Below are positions 1-12,771 of a DNA stretch of 64,000 bases, piece by piece. The stretch's first letter is position 1. Every line of letters starts with the position of its first letter. Source of the stretch: Squalus acanthias (Eukaryota); the NCBI GenBank assembly GCA_030390025.1, contig JASTWF010000035.1, positions 4,092,001 through 4,156,000 on the forward strand. The letters are read 5' to 3'. Made by a program: the position numbers and the translations under genes. The notes beneath the pieces are model-generated. The model had not been told where the DNA came from and did no database searches. It saw only the letters and a program-made list of their open reading frames with translations.

Positions 1-440
1 TGGGGGTGTGGGGGGCGCCACTGTTGCATTGATAGAGCGGACTACTCGCTCCATGTTCGACAGAATGGTGTCCATGCTCTACATAAAGCCTTGACACAAG
101 TTGAAGTTGGATTCCTCCATGCTCTGTGACATTGTGCACAAGCTCGCTGGCAGGCTGCCCAGTGAACCCAGCATTCTCCTCATTTCCCCTGGTAGATGCC
201 CATCAGCTTCCTTTGGTAGGCTGGACCTCAAAGTCAGCATCTGAGTCCTCTGCAGCAAAGCGAGTATGTGACCTCGCCCTCCGGCGAACTGGCACCTGTG
301 CTGTCCTATCCCCCTGCCCTAGGTCCTGCGCACTTGTGACCGGTAAGTCACCATGTAAAGATCCCTCCTCTAACCTTGCCTCTAAAGTAACTTTGAGGCC
401 AGCACCTGACCTGGTGGTTGCTACGGTGAGATCGAGTACG
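1..440 (-). pseudogene. Decayed fragment of a Harbinger accessory (Myb/SANT-like) gene, C-terminal region
   Basis: Minus strand reads LGSLPASLCTMSQSMEESNFNLCQGFM*SMDTILSNMERVVRS, resembling the MEESIANMSRAFVESL segment of the Harbinger-A accessory gene; contains a stop. Confidence 0.45.
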
Positions 441-1054
441 ACTTAGATGATGGGATAGAAAGCCATATATCAAGTTTGCCGATGACACTAAGATAGGCAG
501 CATTGTCGGCAGTGTAGAGTCATAGGGCTGGATTTTCATCGGGCCGTTGAGGCGGGATTGGAGGCGTGTGGGGGGTTAAAATTGCAAAAACTGGCGGGCG
601 GGCCCAACCCCGCCTCCATCCCGCCTCCACGCAATTTTCATTCAATCGTGTCTACTGGTCCCGTCTCCGTCCCGCCTCTAAGAGGCGAGATAGGCCGTTA
701 AGGCCCTTAACAAGCACTAAATTAGCTCTGTAATGCCATTTTGATAGGCCTTTGTGATTTTAACCCTTTTCCCACGTGAAGCACGCCTGTTCTGAAACAC
801 TCCAGTGAAACCTGGCGGGAGCACAATTGGATTGCTGACTATCAGCTGCAGCTCAACCATTAAATAGGAGATTTGATCAGCCATCATTTGCAGTTGGCAG
901 GACTTTGCTGTCTCAGGTCTGGGGGAACTTTTAGAAGGCATAACCACAGCTGTGGAAGTTTGGAGCCTGACACCCATCTCCAGTGTGACCTCCTGGGAAA
1001 CCCCTCTCGCCACCTTGACTGAGCGCTTCCTCAACTGAGGCATATACCAGAAGC

Positions 1055-2123
1055 ATGGGAGCCATTTATTCCCTTCTGTTCTGGACATCAGATGAGGTCG
1101 AAGACCAGCCGCGGCACCAGCAAAACCATGAACAACAGCAGCACCAACAGCAGCAGCAGCAACAACAGGAGCGCCAAGCTGCTGTTCACCCACCTGAAGC
1201 TGCACAGGCCAGAAGGGGCCAGCACATGGAAGGCCGTCGGCGCAGGAAATACCCCTCAAACAGTGTCTACAGACACAGGGTCAGCTACCTCAACATGTCT
1301 GAGCAGCAGTGCCAAAGGTGGCTCTGACTTTCGCGAGAGGTAGTGGGTGACATCTGCGCAATGCTGCAACAAGACCTGGAGCCCAGAGGACCAGGTGGAC
1401 AACCCTTACCAGTGGCCGTCAAAGTCACCACCGCACTCAACTTTTTTGCTTCAGGCTCATTCCAGGGATCAGCAGCAGACATCTGCGGCATCTCCCAGGC
1501 GGCCGCACACACTTGCATCACGCAGGTAACCGATGCCCTCTTTGCCATCGCGCACAATCACATCCATTTCACCAAGGATCAAGCAAGTGTCACGGCGCGT
1601 GCGGTTGGATTAGCTAATCTGGCAGGCTTTCCAAGGGTGCAGGGCGTCGTTGACTGCACACATGTGGCCCTTAAGGCACCCCATCGCAATCCAGGTATTT
1701 TTGTCAACCGCAAGGGCTTCCACTCCCTCAACGTTCAGCTGGTGTGTGACCACAAGAAGGAAATTTTGCATGTTTGTGCCAAGTACCCTGGCAGTTGCCA
1801 TGACTCCTTCATACTGCGCCAGTCTAGTGTGCCTCCGCTATTCAGTCCGCCAGACCAACTTAACGGATGGCTACTTGGAGACAAGGGCTATCCCCTGAAG
1901 ACATGGCGAATGACGCCGTTGAGGAGCCTATCCAACGAAGCTGAGGAGAGCTACAACTCCAACCACATGTCCACCAGAGCCATAATCGAGCAAACCATCA
2001 GTTTGCTGAAGATGCGCTTCAGATGAACATCTTGCAGAGGCCCATCAACCAGCGGCAGCATTACGCGAGACCATAGCTGCCCGGAATGCAAGGAATGCAC
2101 TCATCTTGGCCAGATTTGCTTAG
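1055..2123 (+). pseudogene. Harbinger DDE transposase (HARBI1-like), disrupted
   Basis: ORFs 1055-1327 and 1343-2026 share a frame, separated by a TGA (likely CGA>TGA). Motifs [42 protein letters not shown]. An apparent internal deletion follows MRFR; the C-terminus ...ARNALILARFA* ends at 2123. Confidence 0.92.
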
Positions 2124-2380
2124 CCTAGCCAATCAAGCACTTTTGCCTCGCAGCTTCTTACCTGAGCATCGACATTGGCCAAGAACCAGCGGATTCCTAG
2201 CAATTTGAACACCATACTGACAATTGCAAGTAATCCTAAGCCCTCAATGTGGAAGTCCCATTCGCGAAATGACACACGCCACAACTACAGCAGTAGCCAT
2301 CAGATTTTTTATTTACACTAATCATCTGATGTCTTTTTAACATAAAACATCAAAATTCACCCAAGTGACTACCCTTGTGA

Positions 2381-5300
2381 CTATTTGTGCACTATCTTTC
2401 TCTTACGCGTGCTCCTACGTGGTGCTTCCCCTGTGGCTTCCAAAAAATATATATTCCACTGAAAAGAAAAGGGTGTAAAAGAAAGGACAGTCATCCGTGG
2501 CTAAGTAAAGAAATTAAGGATAGTATTCGACTAAAAACAAGGGCTTATAAGGTAGCCAAATCTAGTGGGAGGACAGAGGATTGGGAAACTTTAAAAGGCA
2601 GCAAAAAATAACAAAAAGATTGATTAAGAAAGGGAAGATAGATTATGAAAGTAAATTAGCAAAAAATATAAAAACAGATAGTAAGAGTTTTTATAGTTAT
2701 ATAAAAAGAAAAAGGGTGGCTAAAGTAAATGTTGGTCCTTTAGAGGATGAGACCGGGAAATTAATGGTGGGAAATATGGAGATGGCAAAAACACTGAATG
2801 AATATTTTGTATCAGTCTTTACAGTAGAGGACACTAAGAATATCCCAACACTGGACAAACAGGGGGCTATAGGGGAAGAGGAGCTAAACACGATCAAAAT
2901 CACTAAGGAAGTGGTACTCGGTAAAATAATGGGACTCAAGGCGGATAAATCACCTGGACCTGATGGCTTACATCCTAGAGTCTTGAAGGAAGTGGCGGTA
3001 GGGATTGTAGATGCATTGGTAATAATTTTTCAAAACTCCCTGGATTCCGCTAAGGTCCCGGCAGACTGGAAAACTGCTAATGTAACACCCTTATTTAAAA
3101 AGGGCAGTAGACAGAAGGCTGGTAACTATAGACCGGTTAGCCTAACATCTGTGGTAGGTAAAATTTTGGAGTCCATTATTAAGGAAACAGTAACAGGACA
3201 TTTGGATAATCATAATTTAATAGGACAAAGTCAGCATGGTTTTACGAAGGGGAAGTCATGTTTGACAAATTTGCTGGAGTTCTTTGAGGAAGTAACATAT
3301 AGAGTGGATAAAGGGGAACCAGTGGACGTAGTGTATTTAGACTTCCAAAAGGCATTTGACAAGGTGCCACACAAAAGATTATTGCTTAAGGTAAAAAATC
3401 ACGGGATTGGGGGTAATATTCTGGCATGGATAGAGGATTGGCTATCTAACAGAAAGCAAAGAGTTGGGATAAATGGTTCATTCTCAGACTGGCAATCAGT
3501 AACTAGTGGTGTTCCACAGGGGTCAGTGCTGGGTCCCCAACTCTTTACAATCTATATTAACGATTTGGAGGAAGGGACCAAGTGTAACATATCAACATTT
3601 GCAGATGATACAAAGATGGGAGGTAAAGTAGTGAGTGAGGAGGACATAAAAAACCTGCAAGGGGACATAGACAGGCTAAGTAAGTGGGCAGAGATTTGGC
3701 AGATGGAATACAACACTGGAAAGTGTGAGGTGATGCACTTTGGCAGGAAAAATCCTAGAGCAATTTATTATCTTAATGGCAAGAAACTGGAGAGTACTGA
3801 AGTGCAAAGGGATCTGGGGGTCCTGGTGCACGAAACTCAAAAGGTTAGTATGCAGGTGCAGCAAGTGATTAAGAAGGCAAATGGAATGTTGGCTTTCATT
3901 GCTAGGGGGATAGAGTATAAAAATAGGGAGGTATTGCTTCAGTTGTACAAGGTATTGGTGAGACCGCACCTGGAATACTGCATACAGTTTTGGTGTCCTT
4001 ACTTAAGGAAAGACATCCTTGCTCTCGAGGCAGTGCAAAAAAGGTTCACTCGGTTAATCCCGGGGATGAGGGGGTGGTCATATGAGGAGAGGTTGGGTAG
4101 ATTGGGACTCTACTCATTGGAGTTCAGAAGAATGAGAGGCGATCTTATTGAAACATATAAGATTGTGAAGGGGTTGGATCGGGTGGATGCGGGGAGGATG
4201 TTCCCGATGACGGGTGAGACTAGAACTAGGGGACATAGTCTTAGAATAAGGGGCTGCTCTTTCAAAACTGAGATGAGGAGGAACTACTTCACTCAGAGGG
4301 TGGTAGGTCCATGGAATATGCTGCCACAAAAAGCTGTAGAAGCTACATCAATAAATAAATTTAAAACAGAAATAGACAGTTTCCTAGAAGTAAAGGGCAT
4401 TAAGGGTTACGGGGAGCGGGCAGGAATTTGGACATGAGTCTAGGTTCGGATCGGTCATGGCCCTGTGGGTAGTGGAGCGGGCCCAGGGACCGTGTAGCCT
4501 GATTCTGCTCCTATTTCGTGTGTGCAATTCTGTTAGATGCAGGAGATGGTTCTGTGATAGATAGTAGATTGGCGGTTAGGATCAGATCAGCCATGATCTT
4601 ATTGAATGGCGGAGCAGGCTCGAGGGGCCGATTGGCCTACTCCTGCTCCTATTTCTTATGTTCTTATGTTCTTATGCTTCAGCAGTTGTGGAGGCCCCTT
4701 GCTCACTTTCTTGCTGCTCCTGTCTCGACACCTTTGGCGGGCATCCTCTGGGGTTACGATCCTGTGAGGGCTCGCCAACAGTCTGCTGCTCCTACGGCTG
4801 TGCAGGGGATGAGACGCCGATCTCAGTTGGGTGGGGACTCTGGTGGGGCTCTGACCAAGGGCTTTGCAGTGGCATGGTTGTGTGAGCACTTGGAGAGGAG
4901 CCCCCACTTCCTTGTTCTCTGCCACCAACATCCCTCTCATGGGTCAGCCCCACTTCAGAGCTAGCAAGTGGCTTGACAGCACCTTGCTGCACTTCAGGGG
5001 GGCCATGAGGACCCGTTTCTGCACTGGAAGGCCTACTCCAGAGGACTTCCATGAAGGTCTGGTTTCTATGCTCAGTAGCTGACCATCGCTCCTCAAGAGA
5101 TGCCAGTCTATTCTGAACAATGACCATGTTTTCTACACTCTGGCGACTTAGCTCCCCATGGCCGTAGCCATCCTCTCCTCTACTGTAGCCATCCTTTCCA
5201 CGGAGGTTGCCATCCTTTCCGTGGTGATGCGTTCATGCGCCAATGACTCCACAAAGGCTCTGCTCATGTTAGCGATGGACTCCTCCATTCGCTCCACACT

Positions 5301-6572
5301 CGCAGCGACCCTGGAGACAAAACCTGCCAGAAACTCCTGCATCTGTTCCTGGAGTTCCAGCACCGCTGATCTTATGGATGGACCCAGAGGCAGAGGGTCG
5401 ACATGCAGCTGAGCCGAGCTAGGAGAGTCCTGCGCCCTCCGACTAGGACTCTCCACTGCTGTCCCTGTCTCCACTATCTGCTGATGCTCACTTGTGAGCT
5501 GTGATACACCAGGTGACAACACTACTCTATCTCGCGATGTTCCCTCCGAGGTGTGAGTGTCTGCGCTGGTGCTGGGTGCGCTGATTCCTGCTGACGCTGC
5601 GCCCTCAGAGGTTGCAGCTTCCTCTGAGGAGTCTTGAGGCTCATGCTCTTCCTCCTGGCTAGTGGGGACGGGTGCTTGCGATGGTCCTGTGGGGGAGTAA
5701 AGGAAAGAGTCAGAGATGTGAGGCCAAGGTTACATGCATATTGCATATTGCAGATGATCATAAGTCCATCTGTTAGAGCTTCAGAATCATTATCAGCGAC
5801 TCATTGAGAGAGATGGAAAACTATTCTGTCACCAGCTTGCTGTGATGCGCCCGTCTGTCCGTCCCCCACTTGGGAATCTTCCTCCACTCCCACCATCTCC
5901 AGGATCGCCTCCTCCCAGGTGGTGAGCTGGGCTACTGAGGGTGGCCCTCCTCCTGTCCTCGCTCTATCCCTCTTATTGTGAGCTCTCTTTTCCTGCAATG
6001 AGGGAGACAAGTGGAGTTTGAGTGAGATTGAAGGAGTGAGTGTAGAGAATCCATAGCATAGATGCTTAGAAGGAGACAAAGATGGAGTGAGGTGGCAAGA
6101 CCAAAGGCCCTCCCTGTGTGTTGTAAGTTGTAATTGCATCACAGTGATAGGGAGTGTGAGGGCTGCATAGTCGAATAGTTAGGTGAATGTGACCATAGTG
6201 AGAGAGGGAATGGGTAAGGGTGCATGGATGTCTGTGTCAAGTGGGATGTGGAGGAAGAGATTGCTAAAGCTGAGTGCTGGTGAGGAGAGGCAATGGGGAT
6301 CAGATTGAGGGTGATGGGAAATTCATACTCACTTTTCCAGTGCGCAGAAGGTCATGAAGCCTCTTCCTGCACTGAAGCCAGGTTCTGCGGGTTATTGACA
6401 AAGAGTTGACCTCCTCTGCCACCTGGATCCACACAGCCTTGGTTTGCTGGGGAGGCTTCTTCCTCCCTGAAGAAGGGAAGAGCACCTCTTTGTTTGCTCT
6501 TGCTCCCTCTACTAAAGCCTGCAGGGCAACGTCATCAAAGCGGGGTGCAGACCTAGGTCTCTGGCTGGCCAT
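2381..6572 (-). pseudogene. Harbinger-A Myb/SANT-like DNA-binding protein gene, 3 exons (6572-6333, 5992-5833, 5686-2381), with a CR1 inserted in exon 3
   Basis: MASQRPRSAPRFDD...W..VAEEVN...RTWLQCRKRLHDL (Myb/SANT-like); exon 2 has RTGGGPP; GT-AG introns in phases 0 and 1; frameshift ~5155 and stop at 4792; basic tail EATGEAPRRSTRKRKIVHK* resumes on the far side of the CR1. Confidence 0.85.
2441..4676 (+). mobile_element. 5'-truncated CR1 LINE (RT ORF 2581-4437 open), (TTCTTATG)n tail
   Basis: RT motifs [37 protein letters not shown]; 3' microsatellite tail; short (G)CTTC duplication; frameshift near 2587. Confidence 0.95.
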
Positions 6573-6862
6573 TCTTCCTGCAGGTGCCTCTAACATGCAA
6601 GGGCAAAAGCTTGGCAGTCTGCAGAAGAAGCAAGGCTTGTTGCAGACCTTAAATGCAGCAGCAATGATGATGTCATCAGAGGCAACTTTCAGACTGGAAA
6701 AACTCACTGGCCATGGGTTCCCACACGTTGGAACTCAATTGGCCAATTAGGTTAAAATGGCATCATTCTCCCACATTGATTTAGAAACGGGTGGCTAACA
6801 CGAAATGCAGATTACACGACCCCAGCCCGCCCCAGTATCAAAATCCAGCCCATAGAGTCATA

Positions 6863-7755
6863 GGGGGAGAAATTCAGTATCGCCCCATTTGGGGCGCAAT
6901 TATCGGCCGGGCGCAAAGATTAGCGCCTGGCGCTACTTATCGCCACCGACTGCAAACTTGACTTTTATCGCCCCTGGAGGTGATTGGAGCGCTAAATCAA
7001 GCGCTTCACACCTGTCTTAAGGCGCAAAGGCCGAGGAGCAAGGCGCTACCTCAGAGCGCTGGCGAAGCTCATGTGATGTCAGTCAGCAATGGAACACACA
7101 CACAATGGAACGGGCCAGTTCTTAAAGGGGAGGGTTGATCTTGCTTTCCATCCACATCCTGTTCATTGCAGCCTTGACTCTCGGCCTGGAGAGACCTGCA
7201 CATCAAATCTGCTGGAAAGAACAATGGAGAGTACCAGGGAAAGAGCTCAGAGTGCAGCCCACACAGTCTCTCCTAAATCGATACAAGGAATGGCAAATCA
7301 AAATGAACCTGCAAAGTGCTGCTCAGTACCCAAAACTCCTTCACACAGCGTTGAATCTCTCCAGAAGTCTCTCTCCTTCTCTCTCAGAATACGTGGTTCA
7401 AAAATGGCACCAACAATAAAAGGCAGGAAGCGGTTGCCTTTAAATAGCGCTCCCCCAGTCCCTTCATGACTGCAGAACGCTCCCCTCAACCTGTCGTTGC
7501 TAGCGTCAGGCGGTAAGGCAGGGGGCGCCACTCAATATCCGCTCCGGGGCGATACCGGGGCGTTGCGCACTCGACTGACGTCACGATCTGCCGGCGCAGG
7601 AGATCGTGGCGGTAGTGTTTAGCGCCGCCGCAAAATGTCTAGTTAATTTCGCAAGCGGCGCAAACATCGCTGCGCCCAGGCGCTAGATGATTTGCGCCCC
7701 ATTAGCGCCCTCTTAAGGCACTAACGAGAGGCGCAACCAACTGAATTTTTCCCCC
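6863..7755 (-). mobile_element. Non-autonomous Harbinger (893 bp), copy 1
   Basis: TIR GGGGGAGAAATTCAGT / ACTGAATTTTTCCCCC; ATA TSD; ends homologous to the ends of 18992-23182 (strand given relative to that element's transposase). Confidence 0.95.
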
Positions 7756-8284
7756 ATAGAGTCATACAGCACAGAAAGAGGCCCTTCGGCCCATCGTGTC
7801 CGCACCGGCCATCAAGCCCTGTCTATTCTAATCCCATTTTCCAGCACTTGGTCCGTAGCCTTGTATGCTATGGCATTTCAAGTGCTCATCTAAATGCTTC
7901 TTGAATGTTGTGAGGGTTCCTGCCTCTACCACCCTTTCAGGCAGTGAGTTCCAGATTCCAACCACCCTCTGGGTGAAAAAGTTTTTCCTCAAATCCCCTC
8001 TAATCCTCCTGCCCCTTACCTTGAAACTATGCCCCCTGGTTACTGACCCCTCTACTAAGGGGAAAGTTCCTTTCTATCTACCCTATCTATGCCCCTCATA
8101 ATTTTGAACACCTCAATCAGGTCCCCCCTCAGCCTTCTCTGCTCTAAGGAAAACAACCCCAGCCTGCCCAGTCTCTCTTCATAGCTGAAGCGCTCCAGCC
8201 CAGGTAACATCCTGGTGAATCTCCTCTGCACCCTTTCCAATGCAATCACATCCCTCAAATAGTGTGGCGACCAGAACTGCACAC
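7756..8284 (-). mobile_element. CR1 3' fragment whose (GACTCTAT)n tail hosts MITE copy 1 and Harbinger A (tail remnants at 6852-6862 and ~516-524)
   Basis: QFWSPHY...RRLRGDLIEV...WNSLP on the minus strand; tail reads GAGTCATA on the plus strand. Confidence 0.9.
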
Positions 8285-8299
8285 ATAGATGGAAGCAGA

Positions 8300-9420
8300 G
8301 GTGAGGTGAGAGTGACCAAGTGTGGCATCAAGGAGTCCGAGTAAAACTGAAGTCAATGGGAATCAGGGGGAAAACTCTCCACTGGCTGGAGTCATACCTA
8401 GCACAAAGGAAAATGGTTATAGTGGTTGAAGTTCAATCATCACAGCCCCAGGACATCACTGCAGGAGTTACTCAGGGCAGTGTCCTAGGCTCAACCATCT
8501 TCAGCTGCTTCATCAATGACCTTCCCTCCATCATAAGGTCAGAAATGGGGATGTTCGTTGATGATTGCACAGTGTTCAGTGCCATTCACAACTCCTCAGA
8601 TAATGAAGCAGTCCATGTCCGCATGCAACAAGACCTGGACGACATTCAGGCTTGGGCTGATAAGTGGCAGGTAACATTCGCGCCACACAAGTGCCAGGCA
8701 ATGACTATCTCCAACAAGTGAGAGTCTAACCACCACCCTTTGACATTCAACGGTATTACCATCGCTGAATCCCCCACCATCAACATCCTGGGGGTCACCA
8801 TTGACCAGAAACTTAACTGGACCAGACACATAAATACTGTGGCAAAAAGAGCAGGTCAGAGGCTGGGTATTCTGCGGCAAGTGTCTCACCTCCTGACTCC
8901 CCAAAGCCTTTCCACCATCTACAAGGAGTGTGATGGAATACTCTCCACTTGCCTGGATGAGTGCAGCTCCAACAACACTCAAGAAGTTCGACACCATCCA
9001 GAACAAAGCAGCCAACTTTATTGGCACCCCATCCACCACCTTAAACATTCACTCCCTCCACCACCGGCGTACCGTGGCTGCAGTGTGTACCATCTACAAG
9101 ATGCACTGCAGCAACTCGCCAAGGCATCTTCGGCAGCACCTCCCAAACCCGCGACCTCTTCCACCTAGAAGGACAAGGGCAGCAGGCGCATGGGAACACC
9201 ACCACCTCCAAGTTCCCCTCCAAGTCACACAACATCCTGACTTGGAAATATATCGCCGATCCTTCGTCGTCGCTGGGTCAAAATCCTGGAACTCCTTCAC
9301 CAGATGGACTGCAGCGGTTCAAGGCGGCGGCTCACCACCACCTTCTCAAGCGCAATTAGGGATGGACAATAAATGCTGGCCTTGCCAGCGACGCCCACAT
9401 CCCATAAATGAATTTTAAAA
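8300..9420 (+). mobile_element. 5'-truncated LINE of a distinct CR1/L2-group family, decayed
   Basis: WHQG..LKSMGIRG, QGSVLG, MFVDD, ILGVTIDQKL; several stops and frameshifts; 3' end GCGACGCCCACATCCCATAAATGAAT. Confidence 0.85.
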
Positions 9421-9726
9421 AAGCATAAAATTACAAAGAGGTATTATTAGATTAAGCAAATGTGCAAAATTATGGCAAAGGGATTTCAGTTTAAGCATAT
9501 GTGAGATCATCCACTTTAGACCTAAAAAGGATGGAACAGGGTTCTTTCTAAATGGTGAAAAGCTAGAAGCAGTGGTGGTCCAAAGAGACTGAAGGGTCCA
9601 GATACATAGTTCAGAGTGTCAGCCGTGGCTCAGTGGGTAGCACCCTCGCCATTGAGTCAGAAGGTTATGTGTTCAAATTTCACTCCAGAGACTTGAACAC
9701 AAAAAAAATCTAGGCTGACACTCCAG

Positions 9727-11365
9727 TGCAGTACTGAGGGAGCGCGGCACTGTCGGAGGGTCCGTACTGAGGGAGCGCCGCACTGTCGGAGGGGCGGTAC
9801 TGAGGGAGCGCCGCACTGTCGGAGGAGCAATACTGAGGGAGCGCCGCACTGTCGGAGGGGCAGTACTGAGGGAGCGCCGCACTGTCGGAGGGGCAGTACT
9901 GAGGGAGCGCCGCACTGTCGGAGGGGCAGTACTGAGGGAGCGCCGCACTGTCGGAGGGGCAGTACTGAGGGAGCGCCGCATTGTCAGAGGGGCAGTACTG
10001 AGGGAGCGCGGCACTGTTGGAGGTGCAGTACTGAGGGAGCGCCGCACTATCAGAGGGGCAGTACTGAGGGAGCACAGCACTGTCGGAGGGGCAGTACTGA
10101 GGAGCACAGCACTGTCGGAGGGGCAGTACTGAGGGAGCACCGCACTGTCGGAGGAGCGGTACTGAGGGAGCGCCGCACTATCGGAGGGGCAGTACTGAGG
10201 GAGTGCTGAACTGTCGGAGGGGCAGTACTGAGGGAGTGCTGCACTGTAAAGGGCATTAAGGGTTACGGGGAGCGGGCAGGAATTTGGACATGAGTCTAGG
10301 TTCGGATCGGTCATGGCCCTGTGGGTAGTGGAGCGGGCCCAGGGACCGTGTAGCCTGATTCTGCTCCTATTTCGTGTGTGCAATTCTGTTAGATGCAGGA
10401 GATGGTTCTGTGATAGTAGATAGTAGATTGGCGGTTAGGATCAGATCAGCCATGATCTTATTGAATGGCGGTACAGGCTCGAGGGGCCAATTGGCCTACT
10501 CCTGCTCCTATTTCTTATGTTCTTATGTTCTTATGTTCTGTCGGAGGGCCAGTACTGAGGGAGTGCTGCACTGTCGGAGGGGCAGTACTGAGGGAGCACT
10601 GCACTGTCGGAGGGGCAGTACTGAGGGAGCGCCGCACTGTCGGAGGGGCGGTACTGAGGGAGCGCCGCACTGTCGGAGGGGCGGTACTGAGGGAGCGCTG
10701 CCCTGTTGGAGGGGCAGTACTGAGGGAGCACAGCACTGTCGGAGGGGTGGTACTGAGGGAGCACAGCACTGTCGGAGGGGCGGTACTGAGGGAGCGCTGC
10801 ACTGTCGGAGGGGCAGTACTGAGGGAGTGCTGCACTGTCGGAGGGGTGGTACTGAGGGAGCACAGCACTGTCGGAGGGGCAGTACTGAGGGAGTGCTGCA
10901 CTGTCGGAGGGGCAGTACTGAGGGAGTGCTGCACTGTCGGAGGGGCGGTACTGAGGGAGCACAGCACTGTCGGAGGGGTGGTACTGAGGGAGTGCTGCCC
11001 TGTTGGAGGGGCAGTACTGAGGGAGCGCCACACTGTCGGAGGGGCGGTACTGAGGGAGCACAGCACTGTCGGAGGGGCGGTACTGAGGGAGTGCTGCCCT
11101 GTTGGAGGGGCAGTACTGAGGGAGGGCCGCACTGTCGGAGGGGCAGTACTGAGGGAGCACCGCACTGTCGGAGGGGCAGTACTGAGTGAGTGCTGCACTG
11201 TCGGAGGGGCAGTACTGAGGGAGCGCCGCACTGTCGGAGGGGCAGTACTGAGGGAGTACCGCACTGTCAGAGGGGCAGTACTGAGGGAGTGCCGCACTGT
11301 CGGAGGGACAGTACTGAGGGAGTGTCGGAGGGGCGGTACTGAGGGAGTGCCGCATTGTCAGCGGG
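9727..11365 (+). repeat. 33-bp minisatellite CAGTACTGAGGGAGCGCCGCACTGTCGGAGGGG, ~40 copies, interrupted by a CR1 tail
   Basis: Directly visible; 11-aa periodicity in overlapping ORFs. Confidence 0.95.
10246..10538 (+). mobile_element. CR1 3' end (~290 bp), near-identical to the 3' end of 2441-4676
   Basis: Same extended 3'UTR and (TTCTTATG)n tail. Confidence 0.9.
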
Positions 11366-11699
11366 GCCGACCTTCAGATGAAATTTTAACCCACTGCTCC
11401 GTCTGCTCTCTCAGGTGGATGTAAAAGATCCCACGGCACTATTTCGAAGAAGAGCAGGGGAGTTCTCCCTGATGTCCTGGCCAATATTTATCCCTCAATC
11501 AACATAACAAAAACAGATTATCTGGTCATTATGTGTGGGAGCTTGCTGTGCGCAAATTGGCTGCCGTGTTTCCCACATTACAACACTGACCACACTTCAA
11601 AAAAACTTCATTGGCTGTAAAACACTTTGGGACGTCGAGTAGTTGTGAAAGGCGCTATATAAATGCAAGTCTTTCTTTTCTGTACCTGTCCATGATATT

Positions 11700-11917
11700 T
11701 TTAAAAAGAATCAAAAAGGCTAATGGGATGCTGGCCTTTATATCTAGAGGACTAGAGTACAAGGGGGTAGAAGTTATGCTGCAGTTATCCAAAGCCCTGG
11801 TTAGACCACACCTGGAGCACTGTGAGCAGTTCTGGGCATCACACCTTAGGAAGGATATACTGGCCTTGGAGGGACTGCAGCGTAGGTTTACCAGAATGAT
11901 ACCAGACTCCAAGGGTT
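11700..11917 (+). mobile_element. CR1 ORF2 fragment
   Basis: KKANGMLAFISRGLEYK...LVRPHLEHC. Confidence 0.85.
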
Positions 11918-12771
11918 CATAGAATCATAGAATGGTTACAGCACAGAAGGAGGCCATTCGGCCCGTCGACCTTGCAAGAGCCCTTCAGCTAGTCCCACTC
12001 CCCCGCCCTTTCCCCGTAGCCCTGCAAATTTTTTTCCTTCAGGTACTTTTCCAATTACCCCTTGAAAGCCACGATTGAGTCTGCCTCCACCACCCTTTCA
12101 GGCAGCGCATTTCAGATCATAACCACTCGCTGTGTAAAAATGTTTTTCCTCATGTCGCCTTTGGTTCTCCTGCCAATCACCTTAAATCTGTGTCCTCTGG
12201 TTCTCGATTCTTCCGCCAATGGGAACAGTTTCTCTCTACTCTGTCTAGACCCCTCATGATTTTGATCACCTCTATCAAATCTCCTCTCAACCTTCTCTGC
12301 TCTAAGGAGAACAACCCCAGCTTCTCTAGTTTATCCACGTAACTGAAGTCCCTCATCTCTGGAATCATTGTTGTAAATTTTTTCTGCACCCTCTCTAAGG
12401 CCTTCACATCCTTCCTAAAGTGTGGTGTCCAGTATTGGACACAATACTCCAGTTGAGGCCAAACCAGTGTTTTATACAGGTTCATCATAACTTCCTTGCT
12501 TTTGTATTCTTTGCCTCTATTTATGAAGCCCAGGATCCCGTATGCTTTTTTAACTGCTTTCTCAACCTGTCCTGCCACCTTCAACGATTTGTGCACATAT
12601 ACCCTCAGGTCTCTCTGTTCATGCACCCTCTTTAGAATTGTACCCTTCAGTTTATATTGCCTCTCCTCGTCCTTCCATCCAAAATGTATCACTTCACACT
12701 TTTCTGCGTTAAATTTCATCTGTCACATGTCCGCCCATTTCACCAGCCTGTCTATGTCTTCTTGAAGTCTA

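Larger units (their letters stand above)
525..6851 (+). mobile_element. PIF/Harbinger DNA transposon A (decayed two-gene element)
   Basis: 12-bp TIR GGGCTGGATTTT (525-536) / AAAATCCAGCCC (6840-6851); ATA target-site duplication (522-524, 6852-6854); convergent transposase and Myb/SANT genes. Confidence 0.95.
445..9610 (+). mobile_element. Old CR1 RT fragment split by nested insertions (pieces ~445-517, ~8286-8296, ~9421-9610)
   Basis: [26 protein letters not shown] at 445-517 continues as DGS / SIKLQR...RLS after the intervening elements. Confidence 0.65.
9617..11680 (+). mobile_element. tRNA-headed DeuSINE-like SINE with internal 33-bp amplification
   Basis: A-box TGGCTCAGTGG and degenerate B-box GTTCAAAT; core TCAGGTGGATGTAAAAGATCCC...GCTTGCTGTGCGCAAATTGGCTGCC; tail GGCGCTATATAAATGCAAGTCTTTC. 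Family name is from recalled similarity to DeuSINEs. Confidence 0.8.

Noticed and set aside
1055..2026. Domesticated HARBI1/NAIF1 host genes
   Set aside because: Both gene pairs lie within TIRs and TSDs and A is disrupted; they are transposon genes.
7089..7469. Recurrent ~126-aa MEHTHNGTG ORF in MITE copies
   Set aside because: Shared because the copies are young; stopped early in copy 3; only MESTRERA matches a real gene start.
9617..9695. tRNA genes here, at ~24310-24388 and at ~26710-26800
   Set aside because: A/B boxes continue into SINE bodies; no convincing cloverleaf.
9727..11365. CRISPR-like appearance of 33-, 38- and 67-bp repeats
   Set aside because: Head-to-tail units without unique spacers, no cas genes, vertebrate context.
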